The notes: generated by a model not told the origin, from the sequence alone. Shown: positions 46,460-58,200, counted from the stretch's first letter. The stretch: 64,000 nt of DNA from Polyangia bacterium (GCA_044228505.1 JBGAUT010000014.1:14725-78724); one strand, 5' to 3'. Numbers and translations are program-made.

Positions 46460-49400
46460 ATGCTCAACGTCGACGCAACACCGCATCAAGCGAGCCGACT
46501 GGAGGCCTTCCTGACCGGAGTCGGTCTTGCTCACTTGCAAGTCACCCTGGGCTTTGCTGCGATGCGTGGCATCGGCGCGAGTGCCACCGCCTGGTTTGCG
46601 ATCCTGTTCTGTTGGCTGCTCGGTGGGCTGTGCGGAGTCGTGTGGATGAAGTTCCCAACGCCTTCCGACGCCTCTGCGTTCACTGTCAGGAATCGACGCG
46701 AAGGGGCGTTGGTAGTGGGCTCACTCGTACTGCTGCTGCTCGCTGAACTCACCGCTCAGTTGACACCGTTTTCCCTGATACCTCGGTTCACCGTACTGCT
46801 CGCAGCAGCGGTTTCAGGTGCGTACGGCGGTGCTTTTTTGTCCGGACGCGGCAGCCAAACCCGAAGCGTGGCCGGACTGTTCTTTCACGAAAACAACGGA
46901 TTCCTAACTGGATTTTTGGTTGCCAGCAGCGTCCTACTTCTGTCTGCTTCGCTGCTATTACCTGTGACCATTCTTTTCGTTGGGGCGGCACGCGCTGCTC
47001 GCACTCATCTTCGTTCACGACCGCCGTTCATTGCTGTGGCTGTGGGAGTTGGAGCGGTGGCTTTTCAGCTTCTGTTTCGTTGGGGTGGCGATCCTCACTG
47101 GGACGCACTCATGACCGCTTCTGTCCTGACGCATCCGGAATCTGTGAGTCTCCGCGAATGGCTGTTCTTTGCGCATCCACTGGTGATTCCTTTGACCGCT
47201 CCGTTTCGACTCTTGGTCAGCGATCCACTGCAAGCGGTGTCGCTCCGCGAGACCATCTGTCACGGTGCGCTGCTCTCTCTGCTCTATCTTGCTGGCCGCG
47301 CACTGTGTCCTGACCCAGCTCGCAGCCTATACCTTGCGACTTTCGCCTGTCTTCAATTGTTCTTTTCCGTTGGCAGATGGCAGCTTGTATTGATGGGAGA
47401 GGAAAAAGAAGTGATGCTCCTATTTGGCAGCGCGTTCTTGGTTTTCTACCTCGATCATCGCGGCCTGTGGCACCTGGGAGTGGCTTCCTTTTCTGCGCTG
47501 GCCGCCACCATCCGTCGGATGGTATTGGGGATTCTTCTGGCGCTGGCGGTTTTTGTTCATCTGCTAAACGGACTGCTACTTCTGTGGCTGCTTCTAGATC
47601 TGGTGCTGGCCACCAGGCGTCGACAAGTAGCCTATGAAATCGGCTGCATTCTGCTGTATTCGGCCTTGCTGGCCGGACCCTTTTTTATGTGGTTGGCGAT
47701 CGGTCCGGGCGAGGCACGAACTCCGCAGCAAGTCCTGCACTTCTATTTGGAATACCACCTCTCCGGGGAGTTCCTTTCGTTCCCGACCACCTGGTTGGAG
47801 CGCGGTGTTGAATGCTATTCCGGTCTGCGCGCCTGGCTGACAAGTGAACCACCGATTCATCATCCGATATTGGAGTCAGCGACGGTATTATTGATCATTG
47901 GAACACTCTGTATCTCCGCCCTCCGTACTTCTCCGCAACTGGTGTCGCGACTGTTGGCCTGGGTACTTCTACTGCTGCTGCACTTTTTCTTTTATCAGCC
48001 TGGCAACCCGGAGGCGTGGAGTCCGTCGGCCTTCTGCGGATCGCTGATCGTGGCAGTGGGACTACTTGGGAAGGAACGCTGGCTTCTGCCGCGCAAGCTG
48101 CTTGCGATGGTATGGATTGCAGCGCTGGCGCTCCTGCTGGGACGCAACCAAAAGGAGGGATTCCTTGCAGCGCAGCGGGTGCGCGAGTTCATCTCTGCGG
48201 ACCACGCGTCGACCATGCCGGTTCGAGACCTAGTGCGCTGGCTGGATGTCAACCTTGAACGGGATGCCGAGATCCTGGTCACGGATCGACTTCTTGCGTC
48301 CTATTTTCAGCTCTACACAACGCGGGTGCCGGTGGTAAAAGAGTACTTGGGGCTGTCGCAGCAAGAGCTACGAAACACCCATCACCTGACCACACTCAGC
48401 CTGCGCTTCTATGCTCCCAAGCGGACCCCTGAGGAGATCAACCACGCGATCCGCAACCGTCGTCCGGTCTACCTGATTGGCACCGAACCCAGCTCTGCCG
48501 TGACGCTGGCCCTGCCTTGGGGAGGACTGATTTTGTCGCGATTATCGGCTCCCTTGATCACTCCGCTTGCGGTTCCTGTCGTAACTCCATTCCCGAATCT
48601 GGCACCACCGAACCAATCTGCGGACGTGAATACGGAGAGGGTGGTTGAGGACTTACTAGCCAATGATCTCTCCCTCACTGCGGTAAGCACGATCAATCCC
48701 ACGGTGTACAAGCTAACGCTGCGCCGAGGAACCCGCGACTTTGCAGCCAAATGGAAGCCGCTCGGGAGCGAAGGGAGTGAAGAGCAGGAAGGCTTTGATG
48801 GCAACAATGCACCGCGCTGTGAAATTGCCGCCAGAAGGATCGATCGCTGGCTTTCAGGCAATGATCCGCGACGACGGCTCGTTCCCGAAGTGGTGGTGCG
48901 GGCACTCCATCGCAATGTCCCGTGCGACCGTCCCTGTCAGGCAATTCCGAAGCTCATCGGGGCCGAGTTTCCGCCTACGTTCCCAATGCAAAACGATCAT
49001 CTGGTCCTGGGCGCGCTAAGCGAGTGGATCGAGGAAGCCGATCAGCCCACACGCTTTCAGGGCGGACTGTGGAACCGTGAGAGGTTTGCCACAGACCCAG
49101 AGTACCGTCGGAGCATTGCTGATCTGGTGACGTTTTTGTATTTGATCGCGCACGGTGACGCAAACTATCCGGACAACTTTCTGGTGTCTCGGCAGCTACC
49201 GTTTCGGGCCTATAGCATCGACAACGGACGGTCTCTGGATGGTGTTCCGTTTTACACCAATGAAGGAGATCCAGACTGGCAACCGCTTGGTCAGCTCACT
49301 CCGCAGAGCCTGGTTGTTCCGTCGCTATCACGGCAAACGATGTCTCGAATCGCACTCCTCCCACAGACGTCCCTACCGCAAGATCTGCTGCTACTTTCTG

Positions 49401-49657
49401 CGGTCGACCTACGCACTGGAAGGGTAGTCCGTGATCCCACAGCAGAGCCCGTGCTGACATGGCTTGGGGAACGACCGCTGTCCGAACATGCCACGCTCCG
49501 GAGAGTCAGCCGTCAAAGCTATCTAACCACCGGCTCCACCCCAAACGGACCGTGGCTTCTCCTTGGAATCTCTGCGAAAGGAGTTGCGGAGCTGCTGCAT
49601 CGAGCCAAGGAACTTGTCGACCATCAGCGAACCACGGGCATCCCGCTGTTCGACTGA
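46460..49657 (+). CDS. large polytopic membrane protein with a C-terminal protein-kinase-like domain (putative)
   Basis: More than 12 predicted TM helices over the first 600 aa. The C-terminal region has IAHGDANYPDNFLV (an HxDxxxxN catalytic-loop pattern) followed by YSIDNG. Confidence 0.45.
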   Translation: MLNVDATPHQASRLEAFLTGVGLAHLQVTLGFAAMRGIGASATAWFAILFCWLLGGLCGVVWMKFPTPSDASAFTVRNRREGALVVGSLVLLLLAELTAQLTPFSLIPRFTVLLAAAVSGAYGGAFLSGRGSQTRSVAGLFFHENNGFLTGFLVASSVLLLSASLLLPVTILFVGAARAARTHLRSRPPFIAVAVGVGAVAFQLLFRWGGDPHWDALMTASVLTHPESVSLREWLFFAHPLVIPLTAPFRLLVSDPLQAVSLRETICHGALLSLLYLAGRALCPDPARSLYLATFACLQLFFSVGRWQLVLMGEEKEVMLLFGSAFLVFYLDHRGLWHLGVASFSALAATIRRMVLGILLALAVFVHLLNGLLLLWLLLDLVLATRRRQVAYEIGCILLYSALLAGPFFMWLAIGPGEARTPQQVLHFYLEYHLSGEFLSFPTTWLERGVECYSGLRAWLTSEPPIHHPILESATVLLIIGTLCISALRTSPQLVSRLLAWVLLLLLHFFFYQPGNPEAWSPSAFCGSLIVAVGLLGKERWLLPRKLLAMVWIAALALLLGRNQKEGFLAAQRVREFISADHASTMPVRDLVRWLDVNLERDAEILVTDRLLASYFQLYTTRVPVVKEYLGLSQQELRNTHHLTTLSLRFYAPKRTPEEINHAIRNRRPVYLIGTEPSSAVTLALPWGGLILSRLSAPLITPLAVPVVTPFPNLAPPNQSADVNTERVVEDLLANDLSLTAVSTINPTVYKLTLRRGTRDFAAKWKPLGSEGSEEQEGFDGNNAPRCEIAARRIDRWLSGNDPRRRLVPEVVVRALHRNVPCDRPCQAIPKLIGAEFPPTFPMQNDHLVLGALSEWIEEADQPTRFQGGLWNRERFATDPEYRRSIADLVTFLYLIAHGDANYPDNFLVSRQLPFRAYSIDNGRSLDGVPFYTNEGDPDWQPLGQLTPQSLVVPSLSRQTMSRIALLPQTSLPQDLLLLSAVDLRTGRVVRDPTAEPVLTWLGERPLSEHATLRRVSRQSYLTTGSTPNGPWLLLGISAKGVAELLHRAKELVDHQRTTGIPLFD

Positions 49658-49671
49658 CCACAGCTGCACTG

Positions 49672-50808
49672 CTACCGGGGAGCGCCACGGGCGAGGTACG
49701 AAAGCAGCTCTGCGTCAAACGGACTATCAGGCGGTATCGTCTGGCCAGGCCGTAGCGTGGGTGCGAGTGGTGCAGGACGCGTCGGGCGCGCCCGAATCAT
49801 CGTCGTACGAATCGGATCGGTGGGTGCCCGATTCACAGGCACTGGCGGCGACCGCTTCAGCGTCACACCCTCAGCAGTCGGACGCGGCTTAAACAGCTCG
49901 GGAGGAATCGTGTAGCTCGGTATCGATCGCTGAACTGGGGCCGCTACGTTCGGCGGTGGTGCCATCGACTTCAGCATCGTGGGCGGCAGGTTCGCCGTCG
50001 GCATCTGGCTCGCCCCAAACTGCGCCGTGTTGTCTTCATCGAGCGCCACCAGCGGCCGTGCCTTGGGCAGCGGCGTGTTTTCGCTCAGCATATCCTCGTC
50101 GTCGGCTTCCGCCTCGAAGCTCAGCGCCGGCTCATCGTCCTCATCACCGGCCTCAATCTCAACCACTGCATCGTCGCCCGCATTCATCAGATCCGGGGCG
50201 ATCACGACCTTGCTTTCGGGCACCTGTGGCTTGGCGGCGGTCGCGGCACCGGCACTCGCCACAGCACCACCGCTTAGCTTGCGCAGCCGCTCGGCCAAGG
50301 CACTCGTTCCCCCTGGCACTCCGCTCGGTGGCGGCGGCAGGGGCGATAGAATCGGTGAGGAGCCGGCCTCAGGCTTAGAGATCGCCTCAGGGACGGCTGC
50401 TGGGACTGCCGTTTTCTGGGTGTTTCCAGAGCCATCCTTGGCCACCGGGGCCGCATGCTCCCCGCCTTTGCTGGCCGGGTGACGCTGGACCTCGGGCAAG
50501 TTATCAAACAGCCCATCGCGCAGACGCTTGAGCATGCCTTTGTGCTGCTCTTGCATCCGCTTCTGGGTCACCGCCTCCGGTTCGTCGAGCGAATACGTCG
50601 TACGCTGCGACGAAAGGATGGTTCCCTCGATGAAGAGGTGGGTCGACAGGACCGGACGAGCCGGCCCCGAGTCCTCAGTCTGAACGTGAAACAGCCGTCC
50701 AGAGTGACGAACATTGTGGTTATAGCCAAGGAGCGGCGGACGCTTTGACACCAGGAGATAGGCTATCACGCCTACCTGCCTCACTAAAGAGGCTTCTTTG
50801 TCCTTCAT
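49672..50808 (-). CDS. hypothetical protein with a Pro/Ala-rich C-terminal half
   Basis: 378-aa ORF with no recognisable motif. Confidence 0.4.
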   Translation of the reverse strand: MKDKEASLVRQVGVIAYLLVSKRPPLLGYNHNVRHSGRLFHVQTEDSGPARPVLSTHLFIEGTILSSQRTTYSLDEPEAVTQKRMQEQHKGMLKRLRDGLFDNLPEVQRHPASKGGEHAAPVAKDGSGNTQKTAVPAAVPEAISKPEAGSSPILSPLPPPPSGVPGGTSALAERLRKLSGGAVASAGAATAAKPQVPESKVVIAPDLMNAGDDAVVEIEAGDEDDEPALSFEAEADDEDMLSENTPLPKARPLVALDEDNTAQFGASQMPTANLPPTMLKSMAPPPNVAAPVQRSIPSYTIPPELFKPRPTAEGVTLKRSPPVPVNRAPTDPIRTTMIRARPTRPAPLAPTLRPGQTIPPDSPFDAELLSYLARGAPR

Positions 50809-50820
50809 TTTTGCGAAGCG

Positions 50821-51597
50821 GTGAATCGGTACTGCTACATTTCGCCAGCTATGAAAGCCGCAGGGAAGGTCGCAGGGAAGGTCTCTTCAAACTCTCAGGC
50901 TACGGACTCTGTACGACGCGCTCTACACGATGAACCGACGCTGTACGAGGCGCAGCATGCAGCCAGTGCGTTCGGACTGTCGCTGCTGTCGCCTGAACCG
51001 ATCGAAGACCGCGCAAATCCCTGGGAAGAAGCGACGCACGTCCCACCGCTCCCCAGCCAAAGAACCCAGGCTTTGCCGCAGCTGGGTTATGGGCCTACCG
51101 CGCACGCCGAGCCGATCGCGACCCACGTCACAACCGCACCTAGACTCGCGGTGGGACAGGTCGCCGGGCCAAGTGCCGGTCATGGTGCGATTCTACTTCC
51201 GGAGCCGATCTCGGCAGTCACCGAGGTCCGACAGATTCCCCATCCGGGACCCAGCAGCTCACCCCCCTCGGCCCGCCAACGGCTCTACTATCCGTTCTTG
51301 GTCGGCACCATTGGGGGGCTGTGTGGGCTGCTGCTCGCGATGGTGGGGCTGCGCATCATCAAGCAACAGCGGGACCGCGCTGAACAGTCCCGCGTGGAAC
51401 AGCGTGTGGCACGAGAACAGCTTCTCGAGCAGGCCGTGCGAGCATTGGTCATGGGTCGACACCAAGAGGCCAGGACGCTGCTCTTCGACTTCAACCACCG
51501 CTGGCCAACTCCTGAGATCGAAAAAATGTTGCGCACCTTGGAACAGATTGACCCCAAAGACCGACGAGAGTCTCAGCGGCTTCCGCCCCCTCGCTGA
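50821..51597 (+). CDS. hypothetical single-pass membrane protein
   Basis: ORF with one TM helix, FLVGTIGGLCGLLLAMVGL. Confidence 0.35.
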   Translation: MNRYCYISPAMKAAGKVAGKVSSNSQATDSVRRALHDEPTLYEAQHAASAFGLSLLSPEPIEDRANPWEEATHVPPLPSQRTQALPQLGYGPTAHAEPIATHVTTAPRLAVGQVAGPSAGHGAILLPEPISAVTEVRQIPHPGPSSSPPSARQRLYYPFLVGTIGGLCGLLLAMVGLRIIKQQRDRAEQSRVEQRVAREQLLEQAVRALVMGRHQEARTLLFDFNHRWPTPEIEKMLRTLEQIDPKDRRESQRLPPPR

Positions 51598-51682
51598 CGC
51601 GATTCACGATAGAGTAGGTACCTGCGGGCCGCCATAGCAAACCCGTAGTCCATTCCCCTGGACTCACCGAGGAGTCTTCCGC

Positions 51683-52582
51683 ATGAAATCGCCTGCTCTC
51701 CGACTGCTCACCTGGACGGTTACCATCGCCGTAGCGGTCTACTTGCTGCTGGCTTTCGCCGTCGTGGCCGTGCTGAGCAAACCGCCGCGCACATTCGATG
51801 CGCAGCAAAACCCCGGACAAAGGGGCCTGGCCTATCAGGACATCCGCTTTCCCGCCCGAGGCGGTGATGCCGAGCTCGCCGGTTGGTACATCCCACATGA
51901 CAGCCATCGCGCCGCGCTGGTCATGGTCCACGGCAAAGGCGGCAGCCGCACCAATGAGCAAAACGGACGCAACGTCGAGTTTCTCGCAGCGCTGCATCAG
52001 CACGGCTTTGCGCTGGTCGCGCTCGACCTCCGGGGTCACGGTCAGTCGTCCGACGCTCGCTTCAGCTTCGGCATCAACGAAAGCCGTGATGTCCTCGGCG
52101 CGGTCGACTATCTAAGCAGCAAAGGCTATTCCCGTCGCCAAATCGGCCTACACGGAGTGTCCATGGGCGCTGCGTCGGTGCTGCTCGCGGCGGCCCAGGA
52201 TCCCGAGGTTCCCGCTGTCATTGCTGACTGTGGCTACTCCGACTTTGGCCGAGTCCTCCGTCGAGAGTGGTATAATCGTACGCACCTCCCGTCACTGGTG
52301 ATGCCAGGCTCGCGGATGATTGCCAAGCTCTGGCTCGGAACCGACTTACTCGCGGTGCGTCCCATCGACCAGGTGCCGAAGATCAAGTCGCAGGTGCTGT
52401 TCACCCATGCCGGTCTAGACGGGCTGATTCCTCCAACGGACTCGCAGGAGATGTCTGCCAAGCTGCCTGGCTCTACCGTGTGGATTCAGCCCGGTGCTCA
52501 CCACGCCGCTGGTTTTGATGCGGACCCAGAGGCGTACACCCGTCACATCACGGACTTCTTCGATAAGACTCTGCGCAATTAG
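51683..52582 (+). CDS. alpha/beta-fold hydrolase
   Basis: N-terminal TM helix, nucleophile elbow GVSMG, and downstream conserved Asp and His. Confidence 0.7.
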   Translation: MKSPALRLLTWTVTIAVAVYLLLAFAVVAVLSKPPRTFDAQQNPGQRGLAYQDIRFPARGGDAELAGWYIPHDSHRAALVMVHGKGGSRTNEQNGRNVEFLAALHQHGFALVALDLRGHGQSSDARFSFGINESRDVLGAVDYLSSKGYSRRQIGLHGVSMGAASVLLAAAQDPEVPAVIADCGYSDFGRVLRREWYNRTHLPSLVMPGSRMIAKLWLGTDLLAVRPIDQVPKIKSQVLFTHAGLDGLIPPTDSQEMSAKLPGSTVWIQPGAHHAAGFDADPEAYTRHITDFFDKTLRN

Positions 52583-52670
52583 AATCCCAACTTCCGTTGC
52601 GTTTTGAATAACATCGGGCAGCGACTGCCAGCCCGTCGGGCCGTGTCCAGCTCAGGCACCGTCGCAAGGA

Positions 52671-54608
52671 GTGGTCCCGATGCTTTCGATCTCTGCCCCT
52701 CATGTTGCTGCCCCTCACCTCTCGCAGTGCTCGCGCACGCTTGGCGATATGTTGAGGAAGAGAGCTGAAGCAACACCAGAGCGCGAGGCCTTCTTCGAGC
52801 GCCGCAATGGCAGTTGGCAGCCGACCACCTGGGCGATGGCCTATGAGCGGGCGGCTCGAGTCGCTGCCGGACTTCGCAAGTTGTCACTTCAGCGGGGTGA
52901 CCGGCTCGCCATCGTTGGACCGACTCAGATCCACTGGTCGCTCTATGACTTCGCAGCCCAGCTCCTCGGGGTCGTCAGCTTAGGCATTTATCAGCAGCAG
53001 ACCGTCGAGCAGATTCGTTATCTCCTCGATCACAGTGAGGCCCAGATGGTCCTCGTCGGTGATGAGAAGGAACTCCTCAATATCTTGGCTGCGGCAAAGG
53101 ATCTCCCGCAGCTCACCGCAATCATCCCGTGGGATGAAGAGCTGTATCAGCGCCATCGACAAGCCGACCACCGGCTCCGCTCACCGCTTCTGCTGGGCGA
53201 CGTGCCGCTGTCGCGCGAGGAGCTCGCGTCATCTCTCGACGCCATCGATCCCGACGACACCGCGATCCTCATCTATACCTCGGGCACCACGGGACCGCCC
53301 AAAGGCGCGATGCTCACCCATCGAAACCTTCTGTCCATGTTCAACTCCGGACATGGCTTTGCGGAGTTCTTCGCGGACGACATCACGATGAGCTTTTTGC
53401 CGATGGCCCACTCGGCCGAGCGCAACCTGTCCTTCTACGGTCGAGTCTCGACCGGCGTCGCCACCGCCTTTGCCACCAGCATGAGCACGCTCCTTGACGA
53501 TCTGCGAGATGTCGGGCCGACGGTGTTTGGCTCGGTACCGCGCATCTTTGAGAAGGCCTATAACAAAGTCCTGACCGAGGTTGAAAAGAAGCCCGCGCCG
53601 GTCCGCAAGATCTTCGACTGGGCCCGTCAGGTCAGTGGCGAACGACTCGAACTGACGCTCGCCGGACAGCCGGTCCCCCTCGCCTTAGAGCTGCAACATC
53701 GGCTTGCCGACCGCTTGCTGTGGCGCAAGATCCGCGCCTTCTTCGGTGGTCGAGTGCGCTACTTCGTCGTCGGAGCCGCGCCCACTCCCAAAGATGTGCT
53801 GACCTTCTTTTGGGCCGCCGGAATGCCGATCCTCGAAGCCTACGGCATGACCGAGGCGACGGCGATCACGCATGCCAATACGATGAAGGCGGTCAAGCTC
53901 GGCACCGTTGGGCGATTGCTCGATGGGTTGGAGCAGCGGATTGCCGAAGACGGCGAGCTGCTGGTTCGGGGCCCCTGGGTGTTTAAGGGCTACTTTCGAA
54001 ATCCCGAGGCCACTGCCGCCACCGTGATCGACGGCTGGCTACACACCGGCGATGTAGGGGTGCTCGACCCAGATGGCTACCTGCGAATCACCGACCGCAA
54101 AAAGCACCTCATCATCACCGCTGGCGGCAAAAACCTGTCGCCCGGCAACATCGAGTCCGCGATAAAGAGCGCCGATCCTCTCATCAGCCATGTCATCGCA
54201 CACGGTGACCGCCGCCAGTTCGTGAGCGCGCTCATCGCGCCAAGCCCTCTGGAAACGCTCGACTGGGGCCTTCATCGCGGCATGGTCTCTCGCAGCGAGG
54301 TCGCCGAACGAACCAAGGAACTCCTCGCACATCCCTCGGCTCGCAGCGAGGCGCTGGCCCGTGCCATGGAGCCGATCGTCCGAAGTCGCGAGTTCGAGGA
54401 ACGAATGCTCGCCGCTGTCCGTCGCGGCAATCTCGGCCTGGCCCACGTCGAGCAGGTTCGTCGATTCCTGGTGCTGCCACGCGACCTGTGCCAGGAGCAC
54501 GGCGAGATGACCCCCACCATGAAGGTCCGTCGTCGCGAAGTCGAGCAGAAGTACCTGCCCGACCTCGACCGCCTCTACCACGACGATGCATTCGGCCAAT
54601 CCGTCTAG
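52671..54608 (+). CDS. long-chain fatty-acid--CoA ligase (AMP-binding family)
   Basis: AMP-binding motif ILIYTSGTTGPPKG plus motifs TEATAITH and GWLHTGD. The start may be an internal Met at 52749. Confidence 0.8.
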   Translation: MVPMLSISAPHVAAPHLSQCSRTLGDMLRKRAEATPEREAFFERRNGSWQPTTWAMAYERAARVAAGLRKLSLQRGDRLAIVGPTQIHWSLYDFAAQLLGVVSLGIYQQQTVEQIRYLLDHSEAQMVLVGDEKELLNILAAAKDLPQLTAIIPWDEELYQRHRQADHRLRSPLLLGDVPLSREELASSLDAIDPDDTAILIYTSGTTGPPKGAMLTHRNLLSMFNSGHGFAEFFADDITMSFLPMAHSAERNLSFYGRVSTGVATAFATSMSTLLDDLRDVGPTVFGSVPRIFEKAYNKVLTEVEKKPAPVRKIFDWARQVSGERLELTLAGQPVPLALELQHRLADRLLWRKIRAFFGGRVRYFVVGAAPTPKDVLTFFWAAGMPILEAYGMTEATAITHANTMKAVKLGTVGRLLDGLEQRIAEDGELLVRGPWVFKGYFRNPEATAATVIDGWLHTGDVGVLDPDGYLRITDRKKHLIITAGGKNLSPGNIESAIKSADPLISHVIAHGDRRQFVSALIAPSPLETLDWGLHRGMVSRSEVAERTKELLAHPSARSEALARAMEPIVRSREFEERMLAAVRRGNLGLAHVEQVRRFLVLPRDLCQEHGEMTPTMKVRRREVEQKYLPDLDRLYHDDAFGQSV

Positions 54609-54666
54609 CCTCGACCGGCTATCGCGATTTCCTATCAATCAACATATATCATGCGGCTACATCGGG

Positions 54667-55086
54667 TTAGTGATGGGCACTGACCAACTCAACCAGCACA
54701 CCGCCGAGCGCTTTGGGATGTAAAAAAGCCACTTGATGGCCTCTGGCACCCGGTCGTGGAACCTTGTCGATAAGTGGTACGCCGCGCTCAGCCAGTTCGT
54801 TTAGCGCATCAGCGATGTCTTCTACGGCAAACGCGATGTGGTGCAGACCCCCTCGTTTGTCCAAGAACTTCTCGAGACCGGCATTCTGACCTCGCGGCAG
54901 CGGTGCGATCAGCTCGATGCAGGCATCGGCCTCCGCTGGCGTTAGAAGGAACGCGGCCTCGGTAAGCTGCGTCGGAACGTATTCACGTGCGGAAAGAAAC
55001 AGCGGCAACACCGACTGCCAAGCTGCAAGCGCACCATCCAGCTCCGGCACGCACAGCGCCACATGGTCGATTCGAACGATTTTCAT
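54667..55086 (-). CDS. VOC-family protein, methylmalonyl-CoA epimerase / glyoxalase-like
   Basis: MKIVRIDHVALCV and GGLHHIAFAVEDI motifs. Start chosen at the internal ATG. Confidence 0.6.
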   Translation of the reverse strand: MKIVRIDHVALCVPELDGALAAWQSVLPLFLSAREYVPTQLTEAAFLLTPAEADACIELIAPLPRGQNAGLEKFLDKRGGLHHIAFAVEDIADALNELAERGVPLIDKVPRPGARGHQVAFLHPKALGGVLVELVSAHH

Positions 55087-55240
55087 GCGCGTACAGTACT
55101 CCGCAACACTGCCCTGTAAAGGAACATAGAAAACCGGCACCCTCTGTTACGAGGGCTGCCAGGTCACTGTGTGTTGAGGAAAAGAGAGGGGGCGGGACCG
55201 CCCGAAGCAGGTCTGCTCGGGCTTACGCGGGACGTGCTTC

Positions 55241-58200
55241 TTAGAAGGTCAGGCGCCAGCCGAAGCGCATAAACAACGGGAGCTGGTAGCCGGTCGGCTG
55301 ACCGTAGTTCGAGTTGAACGTCGGCAGCGTGCCGTTGTTGGCCTTCAGGTGCTTGAGGTCGGTGATCTGGCCGTTCACGATCGGAGACACCGTGGTCGCG
55401 GTGAACTCGTCATCGACGTTGGTGACCTCGCGCTGATTGAACAGGTTGACCACGTCAACAAACAGGTTCATCCCCACCGTCTGGGTCAGCTTGTGATCGT
55501 AGCCGACGTGCAAGTCGAACTGAGTCACCGTCGGAGTACGACCACCCGAGCCACGTGGGAGCAGGTACACTTCGCGACGTCCGTAGTACGGGTGACGACC
55601 GAGAACTTCGACCGGACGACCGCTGGTGGCGGTGAAGGTAATACCGATGGTCAGCTTGCCCTTGTCACCAAACAACGGCTGGTCATAAAACGCCGTCGCC
55701 TTGAAGTTGTGCGGGCGGTCGGTGGGCAGCGGACCGTTGCGGTTCGCGAGCAGGTCGATCAAGTCGAACTGCGACGAGATGTTCGGGTCGCTCTGGCCGT
55801 TCGACGATGAGAACGTACCGGGGTAGTTACCGAGCGTACGCGAGTAGGTGTAGCTCGAAATCACCGAGAAGCGGTTCGACAGCCGCTTGTTGAGCGTCAG
55901 CACCAGGGCATCGTAGTTGCGGCGGGCTTTCGGGAACACCGAGCCAACCAGCTTATACGCACCGAGCAGTGCCACTGCATCCTGATAGGCCAGCTGATCA
56001 GCCACCTTGGCATTGGCTGCCGTGCCAGCGGGCTTTAGGCGATCCACCTCGTCTTGCAGCTGCTTGACGACGTTCGGGTCCGAAGGCACACCGGGGTTTG
56101 CGAGCAGGTAGGTCGTACCGCCGTCCGGCGACATATCTTCGACGATGTTGCCGAGGTCGCGGTGGATGTAGCTGACACCCACGACGATATCCAACCCGAT
56201 ATCGTAGTTCACGCCGAGCGTGATTTCGTTGATGTACTGACCCTGAACGACCGGCGAGATGAGCGGAGCGCGACCACCGTTGACCACGCCACCTTCGGCC
56301 GCCAGGAACTGGCAGCCCGCCGAGGGCACCGGCACTGCGCGACCACCAGGCTGAAGCGTGACTCTGTCGCAGTTTGCGCCAGGCACGAATCCAGAGGAGT
56401 ACATACCTTCAGCGGTAAGCTGACGATCGTTGATGTTGAGCGGAATCGACTGATAGAACCGCCCGTAGTTGAAGAACACCTTCGAGCGACCAGGCCGCGA
56501 GGTCAGCTGCGTAAAGTCATATACTAGACCGATACGCGGTGCCCAGTTGTCCTTGATATCAATATAGCGATGGCCATCCGCGCCATATAGCTCTTGGCCT
56601 TCCCAGCGCACACCAGCATTGAGCACCAGACCCGGTGCCCAGCCAATGCTCCAAGAGTCGCGCAGATACGCCGAGAAGTTCTGGGTGTAGCTGCGACCCT
56701 CAAAGTTGTTGAGGTGTTCGATCTCTTTGGTCTCCAGGTTCTGGCGAGCGTACTCGCGAGTAATCTGGATGGTGCCGTCGGGCTGCTGGCTATACGCCCG
56801 GTGACCGCTCGACGGATCGTTCGGATCGAGATCCGCGCCGGTATAGGTACGGTTGTTGTAGCTATCGAGATACTCAAACTCGAAGCCAGCCTTGATGGCG
56901 TGAATACCACGCAGCGGGTTCCACTCCCCGGTCAAGTGCAGGAAGTACGTCGCTGAGGCAATGAGCTGGTGACGCTGCAGCAGGCTGTCCCCGTACTGTC
57001 CATAGCCACGGGTATAACCAGTGAGCGGACACGGGTTAAACAGCGTCGAACGACCCATCGCATCCATCTTCATCTGACGGCGGCAACCACCTACGTCTTC
57101 GAAGTCGGACAGCGTGAATGGGTCGGTCTGAGCGGCTGCCCAGGCGATGCTCGGCAGGTTCGGCTGCTCGGGATTTACCGTCGAAGCCTGGTAGTGATAA
57201 CCGTACAGGACGTCAAGCTGGAGCTTCCGGTCAAACAGCTTGCCGATGTAGTGGAAGATCGCGTCGTGGACTTGGTCCTTCTGGTTAAACCGCTGCGTGC
57301 CCAGATCAACCGCCCGAATGGCACCGTAATCGTCGGTGATCTTCGGCGAAGCAATATAGGTGAGCTGGATGTTGTGGTCTTGGCTGAGGTTGAACTGGAT
57401 CTTGGCGATACCGTTGTAGAGACGCTCGACCGCTCCAGCTTCCTGAGCATAAGAGATCTCGTCGGTACGCAGAGCCAGCGTCCTCGGTCCATCACACAGG
57501 GCGGAGTTCGCCAGGTAACTCGGGCACTGGAAGTCCGGATCGATCGCCGCTTTGCCAGTCGAAGCGTCAAACGACAGAGACCGGGCGCGCCGCTGATACA
57601 GGACTTCCTTAAAGGTCGGCGCAAAGCCAATGTAGAACCAGATCCGATCTTTGACGATCGGGCCGCCGATTTCGAAGCCGAAGTCGTACAGCAGGTTGTT
57701 GCGACTGCGGGTGATGAGTGCTTCACCGAGTCGTGCAACACCGCGTGGCTCAAGCTGGAACGGCTGGAACGAGCCGAACACCGAGCCCTTGAACTCGTTG
57801 CTACCAGTCTTCGTGGCGATGTTGACGACACCACCCGTGGCGCGACCGAATTCGGCCTGGTAGCCACCGGTGATGACGTTGATTTCCTGAATGAAGTACT
57901 GCGAAAGCTCCGTACCAATCAGTCCCTTGTTGGGGTCTGAGGTATTGAGACCATCGATGATGTAGTTGTTCTCGCTGCCGGTTGAGCCCGAGATCTGCAC
58001 ACCGACGTCACCACCTGCCGCACCGGTCTTACCGGCTACGTCAGCGGTGCCTGGCGCAAGCGTCAGGACCGACTCGAAGGTACGGCCACGAACCGGCGTG
58101 GCACGCATGACTTCCTGGTTCACTTCTACGCCCGTCGAGGTACTCGCGGTGTCGACCACTGGTGCCGACTCACGAATGACCTTGACCTCGCGCTTGGTCG

